Of a stretch of 64,000 nt of DNA, positions 1-10,919 are shown one piece after another (position 1 is the stretch's first letter; each line of letters opens with the position of its first letter). The notes under the pieces are model-generated. The model made no database searches and was not told the DNA's origin. It saw nothing but the letters and a program-made list of their open reading frames with translations. The stretch is taken from contig CACNQS010000001.1 of assembly GCA_902622625.1 (NCBI GenBank), positions 23,942 through 87,941 on the forward strand. Reading direction: 5' to 3'. This DNA is from an uncultured Prochlorococcus sp. GTDB taxonomy: Bacteria; Cyanobacteriota; Cyanobacteriia; PCC-6307; Cyanobiaceae. The position numbers and the translations under genes are program-made.

Positions 1-722
1 AATTTTTGATAATCAAATGCTCTTAAAGAAATCTCATTTTGGTTTAATCCAAGAACATTCGCACAGAAATAAATTAACCCCTTGATTGTTACTCCTTTTT
101 CACCTGAACAATTGTAAATATTATTTTTGGAATTTTCAAAATTTATGCACCTAATCATTACATCAGTTAGATCCGAAACATGGCCTAGCTGAGTAATTAA
201 AGAACCGTCACCGGGAATTGGTATAGATTTTTTAGTAAATAACCTTTCAAAAAACCAATTTTCAATTTTATTATAATTTCCTGGTCCATAAATATAAGTA
301 GGTCTAAAACTTGTAAAAGAAATTTTTTGTTTTTTTAACCAATTTTCTGTCTCAAACTTTCCTTTATGCCTACTTTCTGGATCAATTGGGTCAACTTCGG
401 ATAAGGGTAGTTCACAATTATCTTTATAAACACCTGCAGAGCTTACATATATATATCTCTGGAAAGAGTTATCTAAATTCTCTATAAGAAGTTTGGTTTG
501 TTCTAACTCTCGTCCAGAAATATCAAAAACAACATCATACTTTTCATTTCTTAGCTTGAAGATATCTTCTGAATTATTTCTATCACCCTTAATTAAATTT
601 GTTTTTTCAGGATTACTTTTATTACCTCTTGTAAAAATATCAATATCATAATTTTTACTTAATAACTTTCCAACCAAAGACTTACCAACAAATCTAGTGC
701 CACCCATTACAAGAATTTTCAT
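1..722 (-). CDS. NAD-dependent epimerase/dehydratase (CSP41-like SDR, possible RNA-binding protein); 3' end runs off the window
   Basis: Not in the ORF track. Manual translation from ATG at 722 gives MKILVMGGTRFVGKSLVGKLLSKNYDIDIFTRG (Rossmann GGTRFVG) and later RPTYIYGPGNY. Confidence 0.85.
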   Translation of the reverse strand, partial: MKILVMGGTRFVGKSLVGKLLSKNYDIDIFTRGNKSNPEKTNLIKGDRNNSEDIFKLRNEKYDVVFDISGRELEQTKLLIENLDNSFQRYIYVSSAGVYKDNCELPLSEVDPIDPESRHKGKFETENWLKKQKISFTSFRPTYIYGPGNYNKIENWFFERLFTKKSIPIPGDGSLITQLGHVSDLTDVMIRCINFENSKNNIYNCSGEKGVTIKGLIYFCANVLGLNQNEISLRAFDYQK

Positions 723-814
723 ATTCAAAAAATATTTAACTGAAGTAGTAATCTTAAATAGAATTACATATTGAATACTACTACTAATAAGTAATTAATG
801 AAAAGGATGATTCT

Positions 815-1582
815 ATGGACCTAATACCAGCAATTGATTTAATGAATGGTAAGTGTGTAAGGCTTTTTAAAGGCGACTTTAATAAAAGAAAAGACTTCAC
901 AAAAGAGCCTCATGAACAAGCTAAATTTTGGGAAAGCGAAGGAGCAAAATATATACATATAGTTGATTTGGATGCAGCAAAAACTGGATCTCCAACAAAC
1001 GATAAATCAATAAAAAAGATTGCAAAAACAGTTAACATTCCTATTCAAATAGGTGGGGGGATAAGGTCTCAAGAAAGGATAGAACAATTATTTTCTTATG
1101 GTATTGAGAAAGTTATCATGGGAACCTCTGCAATAGAAAATAAAGAACTAGTTAAAGACTTATCAAATAAATTTCCTGGAAGGATAATTGTTGGTATAGA
1201 TGCAAAAGATGGAAAAGTGAGTACAAGGGGTTGGCTTGAGCAATCTAATATTTTTGCCACAGATCTCGTAAAGGAGTTTTCTTCATTTAAAATTGCTAGT
1301 TTTATTGTTACAGATATAAATACAGATGGTACTTTAGAAGGGACAAATGAAGAATTCATAAAAAGCATACTTGAAATTACAGATATTCCAGTAATAGCTT
1401 CAGGAGGCGTTGGTTCAATTTCTGATTTATTATCGTTAGTTAAATTTGAAAACTCTGGACTCTTTGGAGTAATAGTAGGTAAAGCTCTATATGAAAATAA
1501 ATTCACGATAAACGAAGCGAATAATGTATTGTCAGCAGAGAGATTAAATGACTTTAATTTAAACACAAATTACTACGCTTAA
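815..1582 (+). CDS. hisA: ProFAR isomerase (histidine biosynthesis)
   Basis: LIPAIDL, HIVDLD, GGGIRS, TDINTDGTLEG and ASGGV motifs. Confidence 0.97.
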   Translation: MDLIPAIDLMNGKCVRLFKGDFNKRKDFTKEPHEQAKFWESEGAKYIHIVDLDAAKTGSPTNDKSIKKIAKTVNIPIQIGGGIRSQERIEQLFSYGIEKVIMGTSAIENKELVKDLSNKFPGRIIVGIDAKDGKVSTRGWLEQSNIFATDLVKEFSSFKIASFIVTDINTDGTLEGTNEEFIKSILEITDIPVIASGGVGSISDLLSLVKFENSGLFGVIVGKALYENKFTINEANNVLSAERLNDFNLNTNYYA

Positions 1583-1661
1583 AAGAGTATAAAAATTCTT
1601 TTAAGGCTGGTGTTTGCAGTAATTGTTAGTTAATTTTGAATAAGAGATAAGAAATCTAGTC

Positions 1662-3278
1662 TTGGAATTAATTTCAAAAAAATCGATATTGATTATTGCT
1701 CCAAGCTTAATAGCAGAATCTTTATCGCTTAAGTTAACATCACTAAACCAAAATTTAGAAATTAATTTTAATAATGGAACAGGTGATAAAACTCCAGATT
1801 TAGTTATATGGAATCTTCTTAATTTCCAATCAGAAGATCTTGTAAGGTTAGAGTTTTTAAAATTAAGAGAAAGATATGATGAGTCAAAGTTTCTTATAAT
1901 TCTCTCTGGCGAACTTGTTTATGAAGAAAATACCCCTCCATCGTTAAATGCTGAAGGTTTTCTTTTAAATCCCAGTGCAGAAAAAGTTCTTGAATCTATT
2001 GATACCATTTTAAATGGAGGAAGGGTATTTGATATTGAAAATAATCCCCGAGTTCAATTAAACAAAAATAAGCCTCTCTCTTTTAGTCAAAAAATTTTAA
2101 CTTCAGGTCTTAAACAAATCGATTCTGAATTAAATCATATATTCAAGTACATCAACTCTGATTCAACACCAGAATTTTATAAATTCATTTTAAAAGGAAG
2201 ATTAAGAGAACTTATTACTGCAAAATCCTTTCTAATTTTCTTATGGGGTAATTCACTAGAACTTTATACAGAGGCAGTATACACTGAAAATAAAATTAAT
2301 CTTGAAAATAAGAACACTGTTTTCATTAAAGATAAAAACACCGCAGAAATATGGAGTTTGATTTTAGATAGACTAAAAGAAAGGTATAGCTCAATTAACT
2401 TACAGGTTGAATTTAATAATTCATCAATAATTCTCTCTGGAATAAAGAAAGAATTCATCTCGCGACTAATTTGCAAAATGTTAGATGAGTTAGATAATTT
2501 AGTCAAAAATATTAAGGAAAACTATAAGGAGAAAGATTTTAAAGATGATTTAAATTCTCTTATAAAAGAACTTAAAGTTAATACAATTTCAAATGTCACA
2601 GACAGTTATTTTCGATTAAAAAAAGGAGGCGAATCTATTTCAATAAATGATTTTATTTATAATGAGGCAAGTTGCGAAGAGATAGATAGAGAATCACATG
2701 AATCAATTATGTTTATTGAGCCAATTATTAAAAATGAAGCTCTTGACTATGATGGAAAATTACTCCCTCTTTATGAAACAGAATCGTTTTTGATCCTTGA
2801 AAATATTATTTCAAACTGGACAATAAGGAACTGTAATTTATTAGCTTCTGAAATCTTTAATATTTGTTCTTCTTGGCCTGAATTAAGAACTGTACTTATA
2901 AATCCCGAATTACAATCGACAAGAAATTTTGAAAGATTTAGAAATAATATTAATAACTATAATCGTTGGCATGACTATATTTATATGCCTATCTACTTGT
3001 ATGAGAGTAAACGAGAATATATTGATATTATAGATAAAAAATTTACCCGTTATTTTAAAAATGAAAATAGGGAGAAAGAATTAGAGAATCTAGAATGGCT
3101 ACAAAAACAAGTTACATTGTTAGTTGAGATAAGAGATGCCGTAGCACCGCAGTTAGAAGTTGCTGTAAAATATATCGGTAATCTTTTCGTAACTTTCCTC
3201 ACAAAGGTCGTTGGCAAAGCTATCGGTTTAGTAGGGAAAGGAATCCTTCAAGGATTAGGAAGATCAAGTTCAAAGTAA
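1662..3278 (+). CDS. DUF3685/Ycf55-like protein with N-terminal pseudo-receiver domain
   Basis: Receiver-like N-terminus; STRNFERFRN motif; C-terminal VVGKAIGLVGKGILQGLG. Confidence 0.8.
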   Translation: MELISKKSILIIAPSLIAESLSLKLTSLNQNLEINFNNGTGDKTPDLVIWNLLNFQSEDLVRLEFLKLRERYDESKFLIILSGELVYEENTPPSLNAEGFLLNPSAEKVLESIDTILNGGRVFDIENNPRVQLNKNKPLSFSQKILTSGLKQIDSELNHIFKYINSDSTPEFYKFILKGRLRELITAKSFLIFLWGNSLELYTEAVYTENKINLENKNTVFIKDKNTAEIWSLILDRLKERYSSINLQVEFNNSSIILSGIKKEFISRLICKMLDELDNLVKNIKENYKEKDFKDDLNSLIKELKVNTISNVTDSYFRLKKGGESISINDFIYNEASCEEIDRESHESIMFIEPIIKNEALDYDGKLLPLYETESFLILENIISNWTIRNCNLLASEIFNICSSWPELRTVLINPELQSTRNFERFRNNINNYNRWHDYIYMPIYLYESKREYIDIIDKKFTRYFKNENREKELENLEWLQKQVTLLVEIRDAVAPQLEVAVKYIGNLFVTFLTKVVGKAIGLVGKGILQGLGRSSSK

Positions 3279-3292
3279 GTTATTAAACTTTA

Positions 3293-3844
3293 ATGAAAAT
3301 AATTCAATGGATCCTGATAGCATTAATTTTCATAAGCCCATTTAAAGCAAATGCCACTAGAGATACTGATAGTTACGATGGCAACATTTTCCCAATATAC
3401 GCAGGCAATGGGGCTGTAGTTCCTCCCCAGACAACTCTTCAGGAATCATTAAAAAATAAAAGAGTTGCAGTTTTATTTTTTTATCTTGACGATAGCTCAG
3501 ATAGTAAAGCTATGGCTCCGATAATATCCGGTTTAGATTTGATATGGAGAAATAATATAGATATCATTGCTCTAACTACTGATGAATTACAGGATAAAGG
3601 AAAGTCTGATCTTAGAAATGAACCTAATTATTATTGGAACGGATTAATTCCACAAACCATTATTTTAAATAGTGATGGTGAAGTTAAATTTGATAAAAAT
3701 GGAATGATTAATATCGATGAATTAAACAAAGTTATAGGAGAACTAAAGGGAATCGATATAGAAGACACGACATTTTCTATAGAAAGTTTTAATGAATATA
3801 ACAGTATCATTTCTGAAAAAAAAATAAAAACAAAAATTAATTAA
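3293..3844 (+). CDS. Thioredoxin-fold thylakoid protein (photosystem I accumulation factor-like) with signal peptide and no Cys
   Basis: Signal peptide ending ANA; YDGNIFPIYAGNG; FYLDDSSDSK; IPQTIILN. Confidence 0.7.
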   Translation: MKIIQWILIALIFISPFKANATRDTDSYDGNIFPIYAGNGAVVPPQTTLQESLKNKRVAVLFFYLDDSSDSKAMAPIISGLDLIWRNNIDIIALTTDELQDKGKSDLRNEPNYYWNGLIPQTIILNSDGEVKFDKNGMINIDELNKVIGELKGIDIEDTTFSIESFNEYNSIISEKKIKTKIN

Positions 3845-3849
3845 AAAAA

Positions 3850-5016
3850 ATGATATTAATAAATATCTTCTTAGTTATTTTAATTTTTTTAATTATTTCA
3901 GATTTATATATTAAAAACTCACCAAAATCAAAGTTAAATCTGGTACCTATAAATTACAAAATCAAAAAAAAGGATGGTTTAAACGAATTAATTATTGATT
4001 TAAAAATAACTAATAAAAGTAAAACCAAAGAGACGATGGTTTCTAATATAAATTTTGAATTAGATTTTTTTAAAAGTAAAGTTAACGAATATTGCCAAAA
4101 TTTTAATTATCAAGAAAATATTTATATATATGAAAATAATAAAATTAAGAATTTAAATAATTACTGGCCAACAACAATTATCAAGTCAAATTCAGAATTA
4201 TTTGTAAGAATCATATATAAATTTAGCAATTATAATTTTAGAAAAAAAATAAAATATCTATGGCTAAAAATAAATTGGGAGAATTATGGACATTTTGGTA
4301 TTTCAAATAATAAGGACTGTTTCTTAATTAATTTAGATGGTCAAAAACAAAGGCCGAAAGAAGTTTTTGAAATTCCAATAAATAATAAGTATAAAGCTTT
4401 TGCCATTAAAACTGATTTACTTGGTTGTTTTGATAACCCAGTAGATACTGTGATTGAATACTGCAAAGAAATTGTAGAAAAAAATGATATTTTGACTATC
4501 GGTGAGAGTCCGCTAGCGATTATGCAAAATAGATATATTTCCCCTCAAAATTTAGAATATAGCTTATTTTCTAAAGCTTTATGTTATTTTTTTCACCCTA
4601 CAAGCAGTCTCGCAACAGCTTGCGGCATGCAATTATTAATAAATAGAATCGGAGTCACAAGAATAACCTTTGCACTATTTGTTGGATATCTCTTCAAATT
4701 AGCTGGTATTAAAGGTATGTTTTATAGGTTAACTGGTTCAGAATCATCCCTCATTGATGATATAAGCGGCACAGTTACACCTTACGACAAGAGTATAGTT
4801 ATGGGTCCTCTCAATGCGGATTTATTTTGTAAGGAGGTCTCGAACTATCTAAATATAGATGTTGCTGTTGTCGATGTTAATGATCTTGGAGGTGTGAAAG
4901 TCTTAGCAAGTTCAAATAAAAAAGTAAATAAAATACTTAAAAGAAACTTATTATCTAATCCAGCTGGCAATGGAGATGAAAAAACCCCTATAGTATTAAT
5001 AAGAGAAAAAAAGTAA
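3850..5016 (+). CDS. F420-0:gamma-glutamyl ligase (CofE)-like protein with N-terminal membrane anchor
   Basis: IGESPLAIMQ, IDDISGTVTPYD, VVDVNDLG and NPAGNGDEKTPIV motifs of the cyanobacterial CofE-like family. Confidence 0.75.
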   Translation: MILINIFLVILIFLIISDLYIKNSPKSKLNLVPINYKIKKKDGLNELIIDLKITNKSKTKETMVSNINFELDFFKSKVNEYCQNFNYQENIYIYENNKIKNLNNYWPTTIIKSNSELFVRIIYKFSNYNFRKKIKYLWLKINWENYGHFGISNNKDCFLINLDGQKQRPKEVFEIPINNKYKAFAIKTDLLGCFDNPVDTVIEYCKEIVEKNDILTIGESPLAIMQNRYISPQNLEYSLFSKALCYFFHPTSSLATACGMQLLINRIGVTRITFALFVGYLFKLAGIKGMFYRLTGSESSLIDDISGTVTPYDKSIVMGPLNADLFCKEVSNYLNIDVAVVDVNDLGGVKVLASSNKKVNKILKRNLLSNPAGNGDEKTPIVLIREKK

Positions 5017-6072
5017 ATGAAAAAAGATAACTCTTATTCTTTTCAATCTAAAAAAGGAATGGAAGTAACTTTTGAAGAACTCCATATACGGCACATTAAT
5101 CTTTTAATAGATATTAAAAATAAGGAATTGAATAATTGGTTTTTTAAGATGGCAATTATCAATACCTTTGATGACTTAAAAATCTTCTTGAATAATCTTA
5201 AGAAAAATAAAAATAAATGCATAATTGCTATATATGGAAACGAAATTATCGGTTATTTGAATATTTTCCCTTTAAACAAAAAAGAGACTTGCTTAAAAAT
5301 ATCCAAGCCCAAGTTGATAAATAGCAAGTGTTCTTTAACCGATAAACAATTAACTTTAGGGTTGATAAAAAAATCTATCTCAATAAAAGAAATCAAAACT
5401 TCAAGTTGGATAATTAATTCAGATATAAATAATATTGACCTCATATCAAACTCAAGAGAATTAGGCTTTCAACCTTTAGGAGAGATAATCCTTTGGGATG
5501 GTTCTGATCTAAATAAACCTAAAAACCAAAATACCAATGCCTATACATTAATTAATGAATTCCAAAACATAAATAAACAAAATATATTAAAAATAGTTAA
5601 TTTCATAAGATCAAATCAATCTCCCTTAATAAGAAATATTTTAGATTTTGATCAAGTCGACATTCTTAAAAGAAATAACTCTAAGAGTGGTGCCTTAATA
5701 TATGAAAATTCAGTTTTATGTACAATTTTAAAAGATATTAATTATCAAAATGAAGAAATTTATACTTTAACTATAAGTAGATATTGGGATGAGAGATTCA
5801 ATTCAATTTTAAAAGAATTTATAAAAAGATTTTTTGAAAAATCACCTGTTTCATATTTAAAAACCTATAAAGAAAATTCTCAATTAAATGTTTTTCTCGA
5901 AGAGTTTAATATCAAAGAAAAAAATCAAGAAATAATACTTATTAGGAACACAATAATTAAGAATGAAGCCAAACAAGTAAATATAATAAATCAATCTTTG
6001 GAATCAATCTTTGGAAAATTAAGTCCTCAAGGTAATGCATATCCATCTCCTTTTCCATTAAAAACAAAGTGA
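5017..6072 (+). CDS. Conserved hypothetical, divergent GNAT-fold protein
   Basis: 351-aa ORF inside the operon; [11 protein letters not shown] and RELGFQP resemble GNAT segments. Confidence 0.5.
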   Translation: MKKDNSYSFQSKKGMEVTFEELHIRHINLLIDIKNKELNNWFFKMAIINTFDDLKIFLNNLKKNKNKCIIAIYGNEIIGYLNIFPLNKKETCLKISKPKLINSKCSLTDKQLTLGLIKKSISIKEIKTSSWIINSDINNIDLISNSRELGFQPLGEIILWDGSDLNKPKNQNTNAYTLINEFQNINKQNILKIVNFIRSNQSPLIRNILDFDQVDILKRNNSKSGALIYENSVLCTILKDINYQNEEIYTLTISRYWDERFNSILKEFIKRFFEKSPVSYLKTYKENSQLNVFLEEFNIKEKNQEIILIRNTIIKNEAKQVNIINQSLESIFGKLSPQGNAYPSPFPLKTK

Positions 6073-6530
6073 AATTTTGCAAACCCAAACCCAAGTCGAT
6101 TTTGAGTTTGGATATAGGTACCAAAAGAATAGGATTAGCTTATTGTGATCCCCTCTGCATAACATCAAATGTACTTCCAGCGGTAAAACGATTTGGAAAT
6201 AATCAAGAGATTAAAATCATTAGAAATTATATAAATGAATTTAATTTGACTGGTTTTATTGTGGGTATACCGCTAGATGAGGAAGGTCAAATGACCACTC
6301 AAGCTATTGACTGTAAAAATTACGGTAAATTACTTTCAAATGAATTAAAGCTTCCATTTTCTTATGTCAACGAACATAGTTCAACTTGGGAATCTTCTGA
6401 AAGATTTGGAATAAAAAAAGATAAATCCGGATTGATTGATAGTTTTTCAGCAAAAATAATACTTGAACAATGGATCGAAGAAGGTCCTGAATTAGAAGAA
6501 ATAGCTGGTAAACGTCAGATAAAATATTAG
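6069..6530 (+). CDS. ruvX: YqgF/RuvX family pre-16S rRNA maturation nuclease
   Basis: [24 protein letters not shown] and [13 protein letters not shown] motifs. Confidence 0.93.
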   Translation: MKFCKPKPKSILSLDIGTKRIGLAYCDPLCITSNVLPAVKRFGNNQEIKIIRNYINEFNLTGFIVGIPLDEEGQMTTQAIDCKNYGKLLSNELKLPFSYVNEHSSTWESSERFGIKKDKSGLIDSFSAKIILEQWIEEGPELEEIAGKRQIKY

Positions 6531-6556
6531 TATTAAAAAGGATAGATAATTTTTAA

Positions 6557-7093
6557 ATGAAAGAAGCCAATTTAAATGATAATTATGATGCACAGACTCT
6601 TTTATTAAATGACTCTAATGGAAACGAGCTATTTTGTTATCTTGAACAATTAGTAAGTGTTGAAGGCCAAGAATATGCTTTATTAACGCCAGTTGATACA
6701 CCAGTAAGTCTTTTTAAGATAAATGAAAAAGATGAACCTGAACTAATTGAGAAAATAGATAAAAATGAACAAATACTAAAAAATGCTGAAGCAGTCCTTC
6801 AAGAACATGATTTAAGACTTATCAGATCAGCGGTTACATTAACAGTATCAGGAGAACTTGAAGAACCAATTTACGATGAATTAGAAGAAGATTACGTCGA
6901 TGATGATAGTGAGAGTTATGAATTGCTCGTTAACTTTAATCTTTTTGACCAAGAATATGGCTTATATATACCACTAGATCCTTTTTTTATTGTTGGTAAA
7001 TTAAAAGACAATGGTGCCTTATTGGTTGAAGATGATGAGTTCGATAAAATTCAACCTTTGATTGAAACTGAGCTTGAAAAAAGTAGTTCTTAA
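6557..7093 (+). CDS. DUF3727 domain protein
   Basis: YALLTPVDTPV, SAVTLTVSGEL and YIPLDPFF motifs; acidic. Confidence 0.8.
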   Translation: MKEANLNDNYDAQTLLLNDSNGNELFCYLEQLVSVEGQEYALLTPVDTPVSLFKINEKDEPELIEKIDKNEQILKNAEAVLQEHDLRLIRSAVTLTVSGELEEPIYDELEEDYVDDDSESYELLVNFNLFDQEYGLYIPLDPFFIVGKLKDNGALLVEDDEFDKIQPLIETELEKSSS

Positions 7094-7098
7094 AATAA

Positions 7099-7593
7099 AT
7101 GAGATCTATCCTAAATATCAATTGGGATTCAAACTTGCCAATATATAATATTTCTCAATCAGAGTTGCAAAAAAAAGGAATTAATTCTTTATTGCTAGAC
7201 GTGGATGGGACTCTAGTAAATAGAAAATCAAATATGATCCCAAAAGCTGTAAAAAATTGGATCATAGAATCTAAAAAACTTTTCTCCTTATATCTTATAA
7301 GTAATAATCCATCAAAAAAAAGAATCGAAAAAATCGCGAAAGAATTAAATTTAAGGTATAAATACAATGCATCAAAACCTAGAAAAAAAGTAACTTTGTC
7401 TGCTATCAAAGAAATTGGCAGAGAGCCAAAAAATATAGCCATTATTGGCGACAGAATTTTTACAGATATTATTGTTGGGAATAGATGTGATATAAAAACA
7501 ATATTAGTTAAGAGATTAAATAGAGATGGCTTGCCTATAAAATTTAATTTAACTTTGACAATAGAAAAATTAATTTCTCATTTTATAAAATGA
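7099..7593 (+). CDS. yqeG: YqeG family HAD-IIIA phosphatase
   Basis: DVDGTL, SNN, KP and IGDRIFTDI motifs. Confidence 0.9.
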   Translation: MRSILNINWDSNLPIYNISQSELQKKGINSLLLDVDGTLVNRKSNMIPKAVKNWIIESKKLFSLYLISNNPSKKRIEKIAKELNLRYKYNASKPRKKVTLSAIKEIGREPKNIAIIGDRIFTDIIVGNRCDIKTILVKRLNRDGLPIKFNLTLTIEKLISHFIK

Positions 7594-8672
7594 AAACTTG
7601 GGTTATAAAAATTGGTACTAGTATTTTAAGAGGAACAGAGGAAACATCTACAGAAGAAGTTATTGAAAACCTTTCTAGATCCTTTACAAGTTTTCTTTCA
7701 AGAGGAAACAAGTTAATTTTAGTAACTAGTGGAGCCGTTGGATTAGGTTGCCAAAAGTTAAATATTAAAACAAGACCAAATGATTTAAGTACTCTTCAAG
7801 CTACCGCTGCAGTAGGTCAAGTTAATTTAATGTCCATATACGATAAAGTATTTAATAAATTAGGTCTTAATATTGCTCAAATTTTAATAACTAAAGCTGA
7901 TTTCAATTCACGAGAATCCTTTAATAACGCTTCTAAAACTTTAAAAAGATTAATCGAGTTGAATGTTATTCCAATAGTAAATGAAAATGATACCGTAGCA
8001 AATGAAGAGCTTAAATATGGAGATAATGACACCCTCTCTGCTTTAGTTGCCTTGGCTATAAATGCTAACAAGCTTATTTTATTAACCGATATTGAAAATC
8101 TATACTCAAAAGATCCACGCAATAATAAAGATGCACAACCCATTAAAGAAGTTCATAATAGTGAATTAAAGGAAATTAAAGATAAAAATATTCAAAACTC
8201 AAATAATGAATGGGGAACAGGTGGAATTTCTACAAAATTAATTTCTGCAGAAATAGCAACAAAAGGAGGAATCGAAGTCCAACTAGTTGATGGAACTAAT
8301 AAAAAAAACTTAATTGAAATATTTAATGATAATAAAATTGGAACTTTATTTCATCCAGTAGAAAAACCTATTGGAAACAAAAAAAGTTGGCTTTCACATG
8401 CAATTCAAACAGTAGGGAAAATTACTTTAGATGATGGCGCTTCTTTTGCAATTAAAAAAAAAGGTGCCTCACTTTTAGCTGTTGGTGTTAAGAATGTAGA
8501 AGGAAACTTTACGATTAATCAGGCAGTTAAAATCGTAAATACAAATGATAAAGAAGTTGCAAAAGGTTTAGTATCAATAAGTAGCGACAAATTAAGAAGT
8601 ATCTTAAATAATAAAGAAAATAACAACTCCTCGATAATTGTTGTTCATAGAGATGTTCTTGCTCTCTCTTAG
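7590..8672 (+). CDS. proB: Glutamate 5-kinase
   Basis: [21 protein letters not shown] and GTGG motifs; C-terminal PUA domain. Confidence 0.97.
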   Translation: MKTWVIKIGTSILRGTEETSTEEVIENLSRSFTSFLSRGNKLILVTSGAVGLGCQKLNIKTRPNDLSTLQATAAVGQVNLMSIYDKVFNKLGLNIAQILITKADFNSRESFNNASKTLKRLIELNVIPIVNENDTVANEELKYGDNDTLSALVALAINANKLILLTDIENLYSKDPRNNKDAQPIKEVHNSELKEIKDKNIQNSNNEWGTGGISTKLISAEIATKGGIEVQLVDGTNKKNLIEIFNDNKIGTLFHPVEKPIGNKKSWLSHAIQTVGKITLDDGASFAIKKKGASLLAVGVKNVEGNFTINQAVKIVNTNDKEVAKGLVSISSDKLRSILNNKENNNSSIIVVHRDVLALS

Positions 8673-8692
8673 AAAAAAATTAAAACTGAAAA

Positions 8693-9727
8693 ATGCTTTT
8701 AAGTGATTTAGTTGATCTAATAAAAAAAGGAAATTCAAATTTTATTAGTGCCAATATTTTCGAAGATTTAAATATAGGTGATGCTGCCTCATTAGATGCT
8801 GCAGTTAAACATCAAATTTCTTTTTTAGAAGAAAATAATATTCTTAAAGAAAAATTAGATCAAACTAAAGCATCAGCTATAATAACTACTAACAACGATG
8901 AAATCGTTAGTGCCCTAAAAAAACTCAATATATCAAACATAATTGTTAAAAATCCAAGAATTGCATTTGCAGAAGTATTGGATTATTTATATAAAACTAT
9001 CAATTTCAAACCAGGAATTCATGCTTCAGCAGTTATAGATAAAACAGTAATAATTGGAGCAGATTGCCATATTGGACCTAATGTCTATATTGGAGAAAAT
9101 ACCGTAATTGGAGACAATAATCATATTCTTCCTGGATCATCAATTTTAGGTAATGTTCGAATAGGAAATAATAATATAATTCATCCAAATTGTGTTATTT
9201 ACGAAAATACCATTCTAAAAAATAATTGTGTAATTAATTCAAATTCTGTTATTGGATCAGAGGGGTTTGGTTTTATTCCTGAAAATGGCAAATGGGTAAA
9301 GATGCCGCAAAAAGGTGGTGTAAAAATAATGAGTTTTGTAGAAATTGGAACTAATTGTTGTATTGATAGACCCGCAGTTGGATTTACCTTTATTGATGAG
9401 GGAACAAAGTTGGATAATTTAATACAAATAGGTCATGGCGTAAAAATTGGAAAGAATTGTGCATTTGCAGCTCAAGTTGGTATCGCTGGAGGAGCAAATA
9501 TTGGAGATGGTGTTATTTTGGCAGGGCAAGTAGGAGTCAATAATAGAGTAAAAGTTGGTAATAATGTCATTGCGAGTTCAAAATGCGGAATCCATTGTGA
9601 CATTGAAGATGGCAAGGTAATTAGTGGTTTCCCCGCGATGGAAAATAAATCATGGCTAAGGAGTTCAAGTATTTTTAAAAAATTACCAGAATTAGCAAAA
9701 AAACTTAGACAATTAGACAAGCAATAA
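8693..9727 (+). CDS. lpxD: UDP-3-O-acylglucosamine N-acyltransferase
   Basis: Hexapeptide repeats; GSEGFGF, IDR and KLDNLIQIGH motifs. Confidence 0.96.
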   Translation: MLLSDLVDLIKKGNSNFISANIFEDLNIGDAASLDAAVKHQISFLEENNILKEKLDQTKASAIITTNNDEIVSALKKLNISNIIVKNPRIAFAEVLDYLYKTINFKPGIHASAVIDKTVIIGADCHIGPNVYIGENTVIGDNNHILPGSSILGNVRIGNNNIIHPNCVIYENTILKNNCVINSNSVIGSEGFGFIPENGKWVKMPQKGGVKIMSFVEIGTNCCIDRPAVGFTFIDEGTKLDNLIQIGHGVKIGKNCAFAAQVGIAGGANIGDGVILAGQVGVNNRVKVGNNVIASSKCGIHCDIEDGKVISGFPAMENKSWLRSSSIFKKLPELAKKLRQLDKQ

Positions 9728-9755
9728 TTTATTGTTCTATTAAACAAAAATTTAA

Positions 9756-10829
9756 ATGAAGAAATATAAGATTGTTTTATTGTCAGGAGACGGAATTGGA
9801 CCAGAGATTTCAGAAGTTTCAAAAAAAGTTTTAAAAAAGCTTTCAAAAAATCATAATTTCGATATTGAGATTATTGAAAAATTATTTGGAGGGATAGCAT
9901 ATGAAAAATATGGTACTCCTGCTCCAGATGAGACACTAGATCAATGTAAAAAAAGTGATGCAGTACTTTTAGCATGTGTTGGAGATATTAAATATGATTC
10001 TCTTGCAAGAGAATTAAGGCCAGAAAGCGGGTTACTAAAGTTAAGATCTGCCCTAAACCTTTTCGCAAATATCAGGCCTGTCAAAATAAGAAAATCTCTA
10101 TTAGATGCAAGTACATTAAAAAAAGAAATCGTTGAGCATGTAGATCTTATTGTTGTAAGAGAATTAATAGGAGGAATTTATTTTGGAAAACCAAGAGGAC
10201 ATATAACAAATACAAAAATCCCAAAAGCTTTCAATACGATGGTTTATGATTCGACCGAAATAGAAAGAATAACCGAAATAGCAATAAAAATTGCTAACCA
10301 AAGAAATAAAAAAATATGTTCTGTTGATAAATCAAACGTTCTTGAGGTTAGTCAATTGTGGAGAGATACAGTTTTAAATATCACCTCAAAAGATAAAAAT
10401 ATATCTCTAAGCAATATGTACGTTGATAATGCAGCAATGCAATTAGTTAGAGATCCTGGTCAATTTGATGTGATTTTAACTAGTAATTTATTTGGAGATA
10501 TTTTAAGCGATTTAGCCGCAATGATAACTGGTTCTATTGGTATGCTTCCATCTGCTTCTTTAAACAATAATGGCCCAGGCGTTTTTGAACCTGTTCATGG
10601 TTCGGCTCCTGATATAGCTGGTAAAAACATAGCTAATCCTATTGCAATGCTTTTATCTGCTTCCATGATGTTAAAAATTGGATTAAATGAAGAAGAAGCT
10701 GCAGAAAATTTAGAAACTGCCATTGATAAAGTTTTATCAAAAGGATTTAGAACAGCGGATTTAGGTGATGGGTCTACTGAAGTTTTATCTTGCAGTGAAA
10801 TCGGAGATAAAATAATAGATGAAATTTAG
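9756..10829 (+). CDS. leuB: 3-isopropylmalate dehydrogenase
   Basis: GDGIGPE, NLFGDILSD and EPVHGSAPDIAG motifs. Confidence 0.98.
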   Translation: MKKYKIVLLSGDGIGPEISEVSKKVLKKLSKNHNFDIEIIEKLFGGIAYEKYGTPAPDETLDQCKKSDAVLLACVGDIKYDSLARELRPESGLLKLRSALNLFANIRPVKIRKSLLDASTLKKEIVEHVDLIVVRELIGGIYFGKPRGHITNTKIPKAFNTMVYDSTEIERITEIAIKIANQRNKKICSVDKSNVLEVSQLWRDTVLNITSKDKNISLSNMYVDNAAMQLVRDPGQFDVILTSNLFGDILSDLAAMITGSIGMLPSASLNNNGPGVFEPVHGSAPDIAGKNIANPIAMLLSASMMLKIGLNEEEAAENLETAIDKVLSKGFRTADLGDGSTEVLSCSEIGDKIIDEI

Positions 10830-10919
10830 AAAAAAAATTAATAAATAAAAAAATATTTTTAAGTAAAACATAAAGTTGGCATATGACCTGTCAGAATCAT
10901 TAGATATTGTTTTTAAAAA

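Noticed and set aside
1096-1566. 156-aa antisense ORF in hisA, and the many other 60-125 aa ORFs nested opposite or inside core genes (e.g. 9472-9846, 17010-17264, 25613-25879, 33374-33610, 61286-61633, 61935-62369)
   Set aside because: They are wholly or largely overlapped by confidently identified genes and have Ser/Phe/Ile-rich shadow composition with no independent evidence.
1578-1605. 9-bp inverted repeat at the end of hisA (CTTAAAAGA...TCTTTTAAG)
   Set aside because: Almost entirely A/T with a long loop and no following U tract; too weak to call a terminator.
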